DNA of 64,000 bases, from the NCBI GenBank assembly GCA_963972065.1, contig CAXAVJ010000006.1, positions 133 through 64,132 on the forward strand. The letters are read 5' to 3'. Every line of letters starts with the position of its first letter. Position 1 is the first letter of the stretch. Shown here piece by piece: positions 18,128 to 27,340 of the stretch. Origin of the DNA: an uncultured Rhodospirillaceae bacterium (GTDB taxonomy: Bacteria > Pseudomonadota > Alphaproteobacteria > Rhodospirillales > Casp-alpha2). The translations under genes and the position numbers were made by a program. Below the pieces are notes generated by a model. That model was not told the DNA's origin and did no database searches. It worked only from the letters and a program-made list of their open reading frames with translations.

Positions 18128-20041
18128 GTGAGCAGCAGGAAACAACAATTCCGCGACAAGGACATCATCTTCCGTGAGGGGGATCCGGCGACCCGTGCCT
18201 TCACCATCATCGCCGGCAAGGTCGAACTGATGACCGAGGTCGACGGCAAGGAAAAGCATCTGGGCATTCTCGGCCCGGGCAAGACCCTGGGCGACGCGGA
18301 TGTCGCGCACGGCCGCCACAAATCGACAGCGATCGCCGCCGGCACGGTAACCCTGCGCCCGCTTGACCAGCAAGCCCTGGCCCTGGTCAAAGCGCCGGTT
18401 CAGGGGCCTGGCCTACTGGCCCGCCTGCTCGCCCCCCTTGCCGCACATGACAGCGGCGCCCCCCGCCGCCGGTTTTCCCTGTTCGGCTGGTTCCGCCAGA
18501 TCAAGGAGGCGAGCCAGCCCGCCGACCCGACCCGCATCGAGGTCCGCGTTGCGGCCCTGCCCTCCGAAGGCCAGGCCACGGAAGGTTTCAACGCCGATAG
18601 CGACACCGCGTCGGACCCTGAAACCCTGATTCTCGACGCCTTCGCCGAACTGGAGGGCGTACGTGCCCGACCCCTGAAGAAACCCCTCACTCTTCCTGAG
18701 GACACGGAACCCCAAGATCGCGCGAACCGCCTGCATTGGGCGGCGCGCCAGGCCCTGGCACAGGTCGAGGCGGACGTCCTGATCTGCTTCGAGTTGGATG
18801 CCGCCGGCAAGCGCCTGACCCTGCGGTTCCTGCCCTTGGGCATCCAGAACGAGGACCCGCCCGGGATGTTCCATGCGGCCCAGGCGCTGGTGCTGCCGGC
18901 CCAGCCGGACCCCGCCCTGACGGCCCTGGCGACAGCCGTCGCCCTGACCGCGACAATCCCGCTGACCGAGGTCAAGAAGAGTCGCCTCGCCAATGTTCTG
19001 CCCCAGGCCATGGAACGCGCGGCCCCGGCCATCGAAGCCCTGGGCACGGCACCGGACATCACGGACCGCGACCGTGCCATCGCCCGGCTATTTTTCGCCA
19101 ACCTGCTGACGCTTCAGTCGGGCCCGGCCGGACAGCTTGAGGGTTATCGCATGGCCGCCGACATCTACGGTCAGGCCATCGCCTTCCTGAAGGATGACGC
19201 CGACGCCTTCGACCGTGCCGTGGCGCAACGCGCGCTCGGCGCGATTCTGCCGACCCTGGCCCCCGAATGGGAAACCCTGGAGATGGCGGCCGACGACGAA
19301 CACAAGGCGGCCGGACCGATGGCCCAGGCGATGGCGCTTCTGGAAGCGGCGGCCGAACAATTCACCCGCGACACCTATCCCAAGGAATGGGCGGCGCTGC
19401 AGAATCGGATGGGGCAAATCTGCTACCGCATCGATGCCCAGGAAGGCGACCAGGACCTGTTGAAACAGGCCCTGAATCACTATCAGGCCGCCTTGCAGGT
19501 CTTCAACCGGATCGACCATCCCATGCGCTGGGCCGAAGTCATGAACAACATCGGTCAGGCGGCGGCGATCCTGGGCGAGCAGTTGAAATCGGTGGAACTG
19601 TTCGAAAAGGCCATCGAGGCGTGCTCCGGCGCCCTGGAAGTCCGCCACAAGCTGGATCATCCGCTGCTGTGGGCAGCGACCCAGAACAACCTGGGCTCGG
19701 CCCTGTTCATGCTGTCCAAGCTGACCCACGATCCGGGTCAGCTTGAGGCCGCCCGCGAGGCCTTTTCCCTGGCCAAGGGCGTGTACGAGGCGCGCGGCGC
19801 CCACCGCCTGACCATGATCACGGAAAAGAACCTGTCACGTGTCGAGCGCCTGATGGATATCGCCCGGCCCAAGTCGCCGCCACCCTTGCCGTGGGAGCCC
19901 AAGGATTACGCCCCGCATCTGGCGGAGACATCGGACCTTGAGGAAGAGGACGACGAGGAAGAAGGCGACATGTCCGTCTATGACGCCCCCAAGGACGACG
20001 ATGACGACCGTGGTTTCAAGAGCCGGGCCGCCGGAGCCTGA
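18128..20041 (+). CDS. Cyclic-nucleotide-binding-like domain + TPR-like repeat protein with acidic tail
   Basis: N-terminal IIFREGD....AFTIIAGKVEL; repeats WAALQNRMG, WAEVMNNIG, WAATQNNLG; D/E-rich C-terminus. Confidence 0.8.
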   Translation: MSSRKQQFRDKDIIFREGDPATRAFTIIAGKVELMTEVDGKEKHLGILGPGKTLGDADVAHGRHKSTAIAAGTVTLRPLDQQALALVKAPVQGPGLLARLLAPLAAHDSGAPRRRFSLFGWFRQIKEASQPADPTRIEVRVAALPSEGQATEGFNADSDTASDPETLILDAFAELEGVRARPLKKPLTLPEDTEPQDRANRLHWAARQALAQVEADVLICFELDAAGKRLTLRFLPLGIQNEDPPGMFHAAQALVLPAQPDPALTALATAVALTATIPLTEVKKSRLANVLPQAMERAAPAIEALGTAPDITDRDRAIARLFFANLLTLQSGPAGQLEGYRMAADIYGQAIAFLKDDADAFDRAVAQRALGAILPTLAPEWETLEMAADDEHKAAGPMAQAMALLEAAAEQFTRDTYPKEWAALQNRMGQICYRIDAQEGDQDLLKQALNHYQAALQVFNRIDHPMRWAEVMNNIGQAAAILGEQLKSVELFEKAIEACSGALEVRHKLDHPLLWAATQNNLGSALFMLSKLTHDPGQLEAAREAFSLAKGVYEARGAHRLTMITEKNLSRVERLMDIARPKSPPPLPWEPKDYAPHLAETSDLEEEDDEEEGDMSVYDAPKDDDDDRGFKSRAAGA

Positions 20042-20160
20042 ACTCCACTCCTCCAAGGAGACTTGCACCCGGCGGCGAAGATATTACATTTAGGGCTCAG
20101 CGCCGCGTCCAGGCCATCGGACCGGCGCAGCGCGATAGCCCAAGGACCGCGGACGGACCC

Positions 20161-20400
20161 ATGAGCAACTTACGTTCACCCATCGGATCGGATATCACCT
20201 GGCGTCAGCCGGACGGTGAATTGGTGTCCTGCGAGGAAAAGCTTAAGGTCCTGAACGAGAACCTTGAGGAAATTCGCCAGTACTGCCAGGACGCCTTCGA
20301 GGACGCGATCCTCATGGGCTGCGACGAGGCCCAGGTCCGCGCGGTCCTGCAATCCGTCGTCGACGCCATCGAGAACCCCTACAAGGGCCGCAAGTCCTAG
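20161..20400 (+). CDS. Small conserved hypothetical protein (79 aa)
   Basis: Typical codon usage; PDG..VSC.EK.KVL.ENL.E...QDAFEDA.LMGC pattern that I recognise from alphaproteobacterial hypotheticals. Confidence 0.8.
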   Translation: MSNLRSPIGSDITWRQPDGELVSCEEKLKVLNENLEEIRQYCQDAFEDAILMGCDEAQVRAVLQSVVDAIENPYKGRKS

Positions 20401-20425
20401 TCATTCGACATCACGCCACCCTGTC

Positions 20426-20485
20426 CGTCACCCCCGCGAAAGCGGGGGTCCAGCGTTCTGGATTCCCGCTTTCGCGGGAATGACG
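20426..20485. repeat. REP/RPE-like palindromic element
   Basis: CGTCA-CCCCCGC GAAA GCGGGGG-TCCAG CGTT CTGGA-TTCCCGC TTTC GCGGGAA-TGACG: terminal inverted repeats plus two internal hairpins, between convergent genes. Confidence 0.8.
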
Positions 20486-20529
20486 CGTGGGGCCATCGCT
20501 GCCAGCGGGTCGCGTCCGCCCGGAAACGT

Positions 20530-22290
20530 TCAGTCGGCGCCGATGAAACGATCGGCGAAGGTGAAGGGATCGGGGCTGGGCTTGCCGAAATGCCAGCCCT
20601 GGCCGTAGTCGATGCCGCAATAAAACAGCTTGTTGGCGGCATCCTGGTCCTCGACCATTTCCGCGACCGTATGAACCCCCGCGGAAGAACACATCTTTGC
20701 CATCGACGACAGCATGTCGCGGCCCTTGTCCGAGGCACAGGCCCGGCGCACCACGGGGCCATCGAACTTGACCACGTCGACGTCGAGGGCGTTGAGGTAA
20801 TCGAAACTGGCCGACCCGGCGCCGAAATCATCAAGACAGAATTCGAACCCGCGCGAGCGGATTTCCTGGATCACCTTGTTGAGGGTTTCCAGGTCCTCGG
20901 CCTCGGCCGATTCCGTCAGTTCGAACATCACCCGGCGGTTCATGTCGCGGCGGCTTTCGAGAACCTGGATCAGGCGCTGCACGAACTGCGGCTGCGCCAA
21001 CGACAGCGACGACAGGTTGACTGCCACCGGCGGCAGCGGCCCGCGTTTCGCCATATGCCCCAGAATATCCATGACCTGACGGACCACGGCAAAATCGAAA
21101 TCGACAATCAGGCCCAACTGTTCGGCCAGCGTGATGATCTGGAACGTGGTCTTGGCACGGGTCTGGTCGCGGAACCGGGACAGGGCCTCGAAATGATGGA
21201 CCCGGCCCAGGCGCAGGTCGCAGATCGGCATGAACACCAGATCAAAGTCGCAACGTTCCGTCGTTTCCTTGATGAACCTCACGGTTTCCACCGTGTCCTG
21301 CATCATGTCGTCGAGCGCGTCGGACAGTTTTTCGACCGGCAGCCGCGCCTTGCCGGTGCAGAACTGCTGCATGGTATGGACCAGGGCGCGGGCGACCTGG
21401 TCCTCGCTGAGCCCCGCCCCGTCGGCGTCCAGGGTCGAGGAGCGGGCGCCGAACTCGGCGGCCTTGTCGCCGAGAAGCTGCTGGGCGGCTTCCTCGACCT
21501 TCATGTTCACATCCTCGGGGTCGACGTCGCCGCCGTGGACATAGGCAAAGTTCTCGGCATCCAACTGGCCCGCCGTGCTGCCGCCCAGCGAATGGGTTTT
21601 CAGGATGCTGCCGACGGCGGTCATCAGGTTGCGCTTCTCGCTGGCGCCCAGGGTTTCGGTCAGGGACTTGACGTTGTCCAGGCGCACGAACGTGAGCTGC
21701 CCCCTGGCACCCGTGCGATCGTAATCCTGAATGCGTTCGACCGCGGCGCGGGTGAAGGACTCGCGCTCCAACACACCGGACCATTCGTCCTCGATCAGAT
21801 CCTCGGCCGGGACATGGGTCTTGCGCACCGGCTCGACCTTCAATGCCAGGAAATAATGATCCTCGAAATCAGGCATGCGGTAGCCTGAAAACACCACGGG
21901 AATGCGTTTTCCGGCGGTGCTTTTCAGATCGAGAACGACGTCCTCCAGGCGACCGTTGCGGCCGCCGCCGGTCAGCAGATCGCGGGCATAGGTCTTGTGC
22001 TCGTCACCGACAAAGTCGAGGAACGACGAGCCCAACAGGGTTTCCGGCGTGGCGCCCAGTACCGGGGTCACCCCGGCGGCGAAGGCGATATTGTAGTCGC
22101 CGTCCAGTTCAAGAAGAAGGTCCGCCCGGCAAAAGGCCAGGGCCACGAAGCGTTCGCGGTCGGTCTTGCCCTGAGCGCGGGATTTCGCCCTGGGTTTGGC
22201 CTTGGCGGCCGTGCCCGATTTCCCCGCCGTGTCGTCCCTGTCCGCGTCGGTCATGGCGGCCCCTGAATGCTTGAGCGCGATCTCGTTCAT
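20530..22290 (-). CDS. PAS + degenerate GGDEF + EAL c-di-GMP phosphodiesterase
   Basis: EAL catalytic residues present (FEALSR, VNLS, FELTE, DDFGAG, VKFD, AEMVE); GGDEF site reads DAENF; start could be 22254. Confidence 0.85.
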   Translation of the reverse strand: MNEIALKHSGAAMTDADRDDTAGKSGTAAKAKPRAKSRAQGKTDRERFVALAFCRADLLLELDGDYNIAFAAGVTPVLGATPETLLGSSFLDFVGDEHKTYARDLLTGGGRNGRLEDVVLDLKSTAGKRIPVVFSGYRMPDFEDHYFLALKVEPVRKTHVPAEDLIEDEWSGVLERESFTRAAVERIQDYDRTGARGQLTFVRLDNVKSLTETLGASEKRNLMTAVGSILKTHSLGGSTAGQLDAENFAYVHGGDVDPEDVNMKVEEAAQQLLGDKAAEFGARSSTLDADGAGLSEDQVARALVHTMQQFCTGKARLPVEKLSDALDDMMQDTVETVRFIKETTERCDFDLVFMPICDLRLGRVHHFEALSRFRDQTRAKTTFQIITLAEQLGLIVDFDFAVVRQVMDILGHMAKRGPLPPVAVNLSSLSLAQPQFVQRLIQVLESRRDMNRRVMFELTESAEAEDLETLNKVIQEIRSRGFEFCLDDFGAGSASFDYLNALDVDVVKFDGPVVRRACASDKGRDMLSSMAKMCSSAGVHTVAEMVEDQDAANKLFYCGIDYGQGWHFGKPSPDPFTFADRFIGAD

Positions 22291-22432
22291 GTCGAGCCTA
22301 CCTCACCCCGTCGCCGGGGTCCACGGGCGGCCCCCTGGCCGACCTTACAGGGGCAGCGTAGGGATGCAAGACCACGCCATCTGTGACGGGCGGCACAATT
22401 TTGAAATCAAGGGAAAATTAGTTGCGAAGCCG

Positions 22433-23494
22433 TTACGAGCCGGCGGCGTCCTCGACCAGGTCCTTCATACGCTTGGCGATCGAGTCGTAGCGATAGTCGG
22501 AGATGCGGAACACCCAGGGGCCGGTGCGTGCGCGCAAACCGTCGGCCTCCGCCGTGTCTTCGCCACCGGCGATGTCGAGCGACACCCAATATTCGGCCGC
22601 CGGCCCTTTGGGATCACCCTTGGGCAATTCGATCAGGGCGGTCACAGTCAGCCCGTCAAAGGTTTCGTAGACGACACGGGTCGCCGTGGCCGGATCGACG
22701 GGATGCTTTTCGCGAAGCGCGACGTCCATGATCTTGTAGTCGTCGATGGCCGACGCGATGCCGTTGACGCTGAACCGGCTTTTCACCTTTTTGCCGTCGG
22801 GAACGCCGTTCAGCACGAAATCCAAATCCCCCTGCTGTTCCTTGAAGATGGAAATTTTCTCGCCGTCGGCGTGATGAATTTCGACGCGCCGGATGCGCTT
22901 GGTTGGGATATCGAAGATGTCCGTCTCGATCCATTCGGAAATCAGTTTGCCGATTTCGATCGAGCCCTTGGCCAACCAGGCCTGATCCTTGCCGGGAATG
23001 CGGAAATAGGTGCCGCCTTCGGCCGAACCCTCAAGCGAGCTGCGGGCCTTGCCGATCACCATGTCGATCATCGGCCGCCCGCCCTTGTCGTTGAGGCGCA
23101 GGCTGATCGCCTTCGAGCCCACGGCATCGGGATCGCCCAGTTCAAGCCGCGGGAACAGTTCCGGGGTCGCCGTCTTGGGCGCCAGATAGGTGAGTTCCGC
23201 CACGCGCAACGCCAACGCGTTCACCTGGCTTGCCTTCGCCGGGTACATGTCGCGGTCGGCAATGCCCCAGTCCCCGGCATCCTTGGCGTTGCGCTTGAAG
23301 GTCAGCACCCCGCCTTCGTGGCTTTCGATGCGCACCGTGTCGACATCGTTCAGGTTATCGATCAGGCCCGGCACCACCGGATCGCCCAGGTTGGCGTAAA
23401 CCGCGTCGCCGGGCCGGGTGACCACGGCGGCGGCGGCGGCAACGATGCCCAGCACCGCGGCGACCAGAAGGATCAGGAAGTTTTTCGCGCTCAT
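22433..23494 (-). CDS. DUF4340-type membrane-anchored periplasmic protein
   Basis: N-terminal TM, YPAK...V..L, LIGK, YFR..G..QAWL; last gene of the GldA/F/G-like operon. Confidence 0.75.
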   Translation of the reverse strand: MSAKNFLILLVAAVLGIVAAAAAVVTRPGDAVYANLGDPVVPGLIDNLNDVDTVRIESHEGGVLTFKRNAKDAGDWGIADRDMYPAKASQVNALALRVAELTYLAPKTATPELFPRLELGDPDAVGSKAISLRLNDKGGRPMIDMVIGKARSSLEGSAEGGTYFRIPGKDQAWLAKGSIEIGKLISEWIETDIFDIPTKRIRRVEIHHADGEKISIFKEQQGDLDFVLNGVPDGKKVKSRFSVNGIASAIDDYKIMDVALREKHPVDPATATRVVYETFDGLTVTALIELPKGDPKGPAAEYWVSLDIAGGEDTAEADGLRARTGPWVFRISDYRYDSIAKRMKDLVEDAAGS

Positions 23495-23506
23495 GCCGGC
23501 TCTCCC

Positions 23507-25417
23507 CTATTCCGTCACCGGCCGCGCGCGGGCGCGGCCCAAGCGGCGGGCAACGGCGATGATCAGGGCGGCAAATCCCAGAATCAAGGGAATGGCCGCG
23601 ATGTTGAGGAACTTCAGCCAGGCGTCCAGCGCATCGATATCCTTGCGCAGCGCGTGCTGCACGTTGCGCAGGTCGTGGCGGATATCGATCATCTTGCGGC
23701 GGAATTCGGCGATCGCGGTTTTCTCTTCCGCCGTCAGGATGGCTTCGCCGTTGGCCCCTTCGCGGTTGGTCAGGCCCTCGATCCGCTTTTGGGTCTCCTG
23801 AAGTTCCTTGGCCAGTTTCTCTTGTTCAGCGCGGAACTTGCGCTCGGCCTCAAGCTGGATTTTCTCGACCATCAGGAACGGGCGCTTGGAATCCCCGCGC
23901 GAGCGCAGGCCCAGCAACACATCGCCGCCGGACAGGTTCTCAACCGCGTTGATGACGAAGTCGCTGTTGCCCGCATAGGGCACCATAAGCTGTTCGCCGT
24001 TGACGTTGCGAACTTCCGCCCACAGACCTTCGTGCAGGACGTCCGTGTCGGCGACGACCACCGCGTTGAGCGGCTTCTGCGATTCCGCCAGGTGGGTCTT
24101 GGCCCTTTCGAGGCGGGCCTTTTCGGCGTCCTCGCCCTCACCGATCAGCGGCGGCCCGTCGGGGAACGCCGATTTGACCGGCCCGGTCACGCGCGCGGCC
24201 ATGGTCAGCTTCTTACCCGACGCCTTGAAGTCACGGAACAGGGCGACAATGTCGATGCGGCCTTGCAGCTTAGCCACGTCAAGGGCTTCGGAATCCTCCG
24301 AGGTGGTGACGAGCGGGCGGAAGGTCGTGGTCGCGCCCTCGGCCGGCTCGAGTATCCCGGCCGAACCGACGTTGAGATCGCGGATGTCGGCGACCACTGC
24401 GTCGGTGGTGTCCAGGTTGCGCCGATCAAGCGTATTCCACGCCACGTAATCGACCTGGGTGATCTGGCCTTCGTGACGGACGTTGACGCGGCGCGCCGAT
24501 TGCAGGTCGGCGGCGACCTTGTCCTTGATGAAGGTGACGCCCCAGGATTTCAGAAGCCGGTCGATGTCCGATGGGCCCGCCGGTCCCTGAGGGCTGGGGG
24601 CTTCGGTTTCCGCGTTGGGGTCGATGAAGGCCAGAACCCGCCCGCCGCGCATGACGAACTGGTCAATGGCGTACAGGGTCTCGTCGCTGAGGTTTTTGGG
24701 ATGGACCAGCATCAACATGCCGATTTCAGACGGCACGGCGTTGAATTCGGCCGGCATGGTGCGGACGTCGAACAGTTCGCGGATCTGGCTGATCACGGCC
24801 CAGGCCGGCACGGGCCGCTGGCCCATCATGAAGCCACCCTCAACCGGCAGACGCGCGACCATGCCGACGATCGGTCGGTCCAGGGTCGCCAGCGAATAGA
24901 CCAGCTTGGTCAGATCGTATTCCAGGAACGGCTCGCGTTCCGTCGTGAAGTAGGGAATGACGGCCTTGCCGTCGACGGAATTGGTGCCGGCCAGACCGAA
25001 ATAACCGCGGTCGCCGGACTGGTCATAGGGCAGGCCCTGCAGGCCGAAGGTGACGGCCTCGTCCTCGACCTCGGAAAAGGCCTCCGGGTTCTTGACTTCA
25101 AGCCGAATCTTGCCGCCCGAGATATTGACGTAGCGTTCCAGAAGTTCGCGCACACGGTTGGCGTAGGCCTGATGGCCCGGATATCTTTCGCCCAGCGCGC
25201 GGGTGAAATAGAGGCGTAGCGTGATCGGTTCCGTCAACGACGTCAGCACCTTGCGCGTACCGTCGGACAGGGTGTAGAGCCCGCGTTCCGTCAGATCGAC
25301 CTGGGCCGAGCGCAGGGACAAGTTGACCGCCAGATTGACGGCAAGGAACAAGACGGCGGCGAGACCCACGCCAATCACGGCGAGACGGTTGCGGTCGATG
25401 GTCTTCAATGCGTTCAT
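23507..25417 (-). CDS. GldG-like ABC-associated auxiliary protein
   Basis: DLTERGLYTLSDGT, EYDLTKL, LVHPK, DQFVMRGG, NSDFVINAVENL, C-terminal TM. Confidence 0.85.
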   Translation of the reverse strand: MNALKTIDRNRLAVIGVGLAAVLFLAVNLAVNLSLRSAQVDLTERGLYTLSDGTRKVLTSLTEPITLRLYFTRALGERYPGHQAYANRVRELLERYVNISGGKIRLEVKNPEAFSEVEDEAVTFGLQGLPYDQSGDRGYFGLAGTNSVDGKAVIPYFTTEREPFLEYDLTKLVYSLATLDRPIVGMVARLPVEGGFMMGQRPVPAWAVISQIRELFDVRTMPAEFNAVPSEIGMLMLVHPKNLSDETLYAIDQFVMRGGRVLAFIDPNAETEAPSPQGPAGPSDIDRLLKSWGVTFIKDKVAADLQSARRVNVRHEGQITQVDYVAWNTLDRRNLDTTDAVVADIRDLNVGSAGILEPAEGATTTFRPLVTTSEDSEALDVAKLQGRIDIVALFRDFKASGKKLTMAARVTGPVKSAFPDGPPLIGEGEDAEKARLERAKTHLAESQKPLNAVVVADTDVLHEGLWAEVRNVNGEQLMVPYAGNSDFVINAVENLSGGDVLLGLRSRGDSKRPFLMVEKIQLEAERKFRAEQEKLAKELQETQKRIEGLTNREGANGEAILTAEEKTAIAEFRRKMIDIRHDLRNVQHALRKDIDALDAWLKFLNIAAIPLILGFAALIIAVARRLGRARARPVTE

Positions 25418-25432
25418 GATTTTTCCCGCCCT

Positions 25433-26167
25433 CTACGCCGATTTCTTCACTTCAACGACAATCACGTTGGTGAACAGGAAAAACGCAATCAGCGACACGA
25501 AGAACAGCACGTCACGCAGGTCGATAACGCCGCGCATGACCGCATCGAAGCGGACCAGAAAGCTGAGGCTGGCCACCGTGTCGACGATCAGCGCCGGCGC
25601 CCAGCCCTGGAAGAAGTTGAGCACCAGATCCAGGCCGCTCATGGTGAACAGGAAGCACACCGTGGCCGAAATGATGAAGGCAATCACCTGGTTCTTGGTC
25701 ATCGCCGACATGCAGGCGCCGATGGACATGAAGGCACCCGCCATCAGGAAGCTGCCGACATAGCCCGCGACGATCACGCCGTTGTCCGGCGCGCCCAGCA
25801 CGTTGACGGTAACCCAGACGGGAAAGGTCAGCGCCAGCGCGATGCCGCAGAACGCCCAGGCCGCCATGAATTTGCCGAGCACCGCCTGCGTCGTGGTCAC
25901 GGGCAGGGTCATCAGAAGCTCGATGGTGCCGGACTTGCGTTCCTCCGCCCACAGGCGCATGGCGACGGCGGGAATCAGGATCAGGTACAGCCAGGGATGA
26001 AAGCGGAAGAAGGCTTCCAAATCCGCCTGACCGTTATCGAAGAAACGGCCCAGATAGAAGGTGAAGGCGCCGGTCAGCGCCAGGAAGATAACGATGAACA
26101 CAAGCGCCAGCGGCGTCGCGAAATAGCCCGCCAGTTCGCGCTTGGCGATGATCCAGATGTTACGCAT
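25433..26167 (-). CDS. ABC-2 permease, GldF-like
   Basis: KRELAGYFATPLA, MRLWAEERKSGTIELLMTLP, NQVIAF; 8-bp overlap with the ATPase stop. Confidence 0.9.
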   Translation of the reverse strand: MRNIWIIAKRELAGYFATPLALVFIVIFLALTGAFTFYLGRFFDNGQADLEAFFRFHPWLYLILIPAVAMRLWAEERKSGTIELLMTLPVTTTQAVLGKFMAAWAFCGIALALTFPVWVTVNVLGAPDNGVIVAGYVGSFLMAGAFMSIGACMSAMTKNQVIAFIISATVCFLFTMSGLDLVLNFFQGWAPALIVDTVASLSFLVRFDAVMRGVIDLRDVLFFVSLIAFFLFTNVIVVEVKKSA

Positions 26168-27128
26168 CGGCTCCCCCTTGGGGATCGCCCTGGGTGATCT
26201 TGCGGAACACTTCGTCCATATGGCCACGCTCCACGTACATTTCCTCGGGCGTCACGTTCCTGGACCGGAGCAAATCGCCGACCGGCAGGACGATGGATGC
26301 TCCCGCCTTGGGCCGGGCGCGGAACGCCGCCGTGCCATTGACCGGGTCGCCCAGCGCATCGACGCCCGCAACCTGATCCAGGGCCGCCAGCCCGGCCACG
26401 ATGTCGGCGGCCTGATCGGCGGCCAGCTTGACCACCACCGCATTGTGGCGCGCGTCGCGGCACAGCAACTGTTCCGGCGTGCCGTCGGCCAACAACTTGC
26501 CATGGGCGATGACCACGGCGCGGGTGCAGATGGCTTCGACCTCTTCCAGGATATGGGTCGAGATGACGATGGCCTTGTTATGGGCCATGTCCTTGATCAG
26601 CGAGCGGACCTGATGTTTCTGATTGGGGTCGAGGCCGTCCGTCGGCTCGTCCATGATCAGGACTTCCGGGTCATGGAGAATCGCCTGGGCCAAGCCGACG
26701 CGGCGCTTGAAGCCCTTGGACAGGGTTTCCACCGGGCGATCGAACACCTCGTCCAATGTCGCCATCTCGCGCACCCGGTCGACCCGGCGGCCGATTTCGG
26801 CGCCGTTGAAGCCACGGATCTGGGCGATGAAGCGCAGGAACGAGGAAACCCGCATGTCGCCGTAGGTCGGCGCCCCTTCGGGCAGGTAACCGATCGCCGC
26901 CTTCACGGCCATGGGCTCGGTCACCACGTCGTGGCCCTGCACCCGGGCGGTGCCGCTGGTCGGCGTCAGATAGCCGCAGACCATCTTCATGGTCGTCGAC
27001 TTGCCGGCGCCGTTGGGGCCGAGAAAGCCCAGCACCTCGCCCCGCCGCACGGCCATGGACACGGCGTCGACGGCGGTCAGGTCACCGAACCGTTTGGTCA
27101 AATTTTCAAGAACGATCATGTCAGACAT
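26160..27128 (-). CDS. ABC ATP-binding protein, GldA-like
   Basis: Walker A GPNGAGKST, signature LSKGFKRR, Walker B LIMDEPT. Confidence 0.93.
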   Translation of the reverse strand: MSDMIVLENLTKRFGDLTAVDAVSMAVRRGEVLGFLGPNGAGKSTTMKMVCGYLTPTSGTARVQGHDVVTEPMAVKAAIGYLPEGAPTYGDMRVSSFLRFIAQIRGFNGAEIGRRVDRVREMATLDEVFDRPVETLSKGFKRRVGLAQAILHDPEVLIMDEPTDGLDPNQKHQVRSLIKDMAHNKAIVISTHILEEVEAICTRAVVIAHGKLLADGTPEQLLCRDARHNAVVVKLAADQAADIVAGLAALDQVAGVDALGDPVNGTAAFRARPKAGASIVLPVGDLLRSRNVTPEEMYVERGHMDEVFRKITQGDPQGGADA

Positions 27129-27340
27129 TGCGCGTCACCAACCCCCACTGGCGTGCGTGATCCCACGGGACGGGGACCGGCGCAATGATAATCGCGAATA
27201 TGTCCGGAATGCGGCAAACGCAATTCACGGGTCTCTCTCCCTGCTTGTCCGGTTGTTGGCCAACCTTGAACGGCAAGGGAGATAGTCTGATTAATCGGGT
27301 ATTTGCAACCCTTTGGCGGGAAGATTTTTTGCCGGGCCGG

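Noticed and set aside
22196-25219. 1007-aa plus-strand ORF, and similar long ORFs at 4171-5799, 27185-28957, 46455-48461 and 59788-61536
   Set aside because: Antisense shadows of well-supported genes. High GC3 suppresses stops on the opposite strand, and they show no recognisable motifs.
22433-27128. Gliding motility claim from Gld-like genes
   Set aside because: No GldJ/K/L/M/N or T9SS genes are seen here, and these ABC homologues are widespread in non-gliders.
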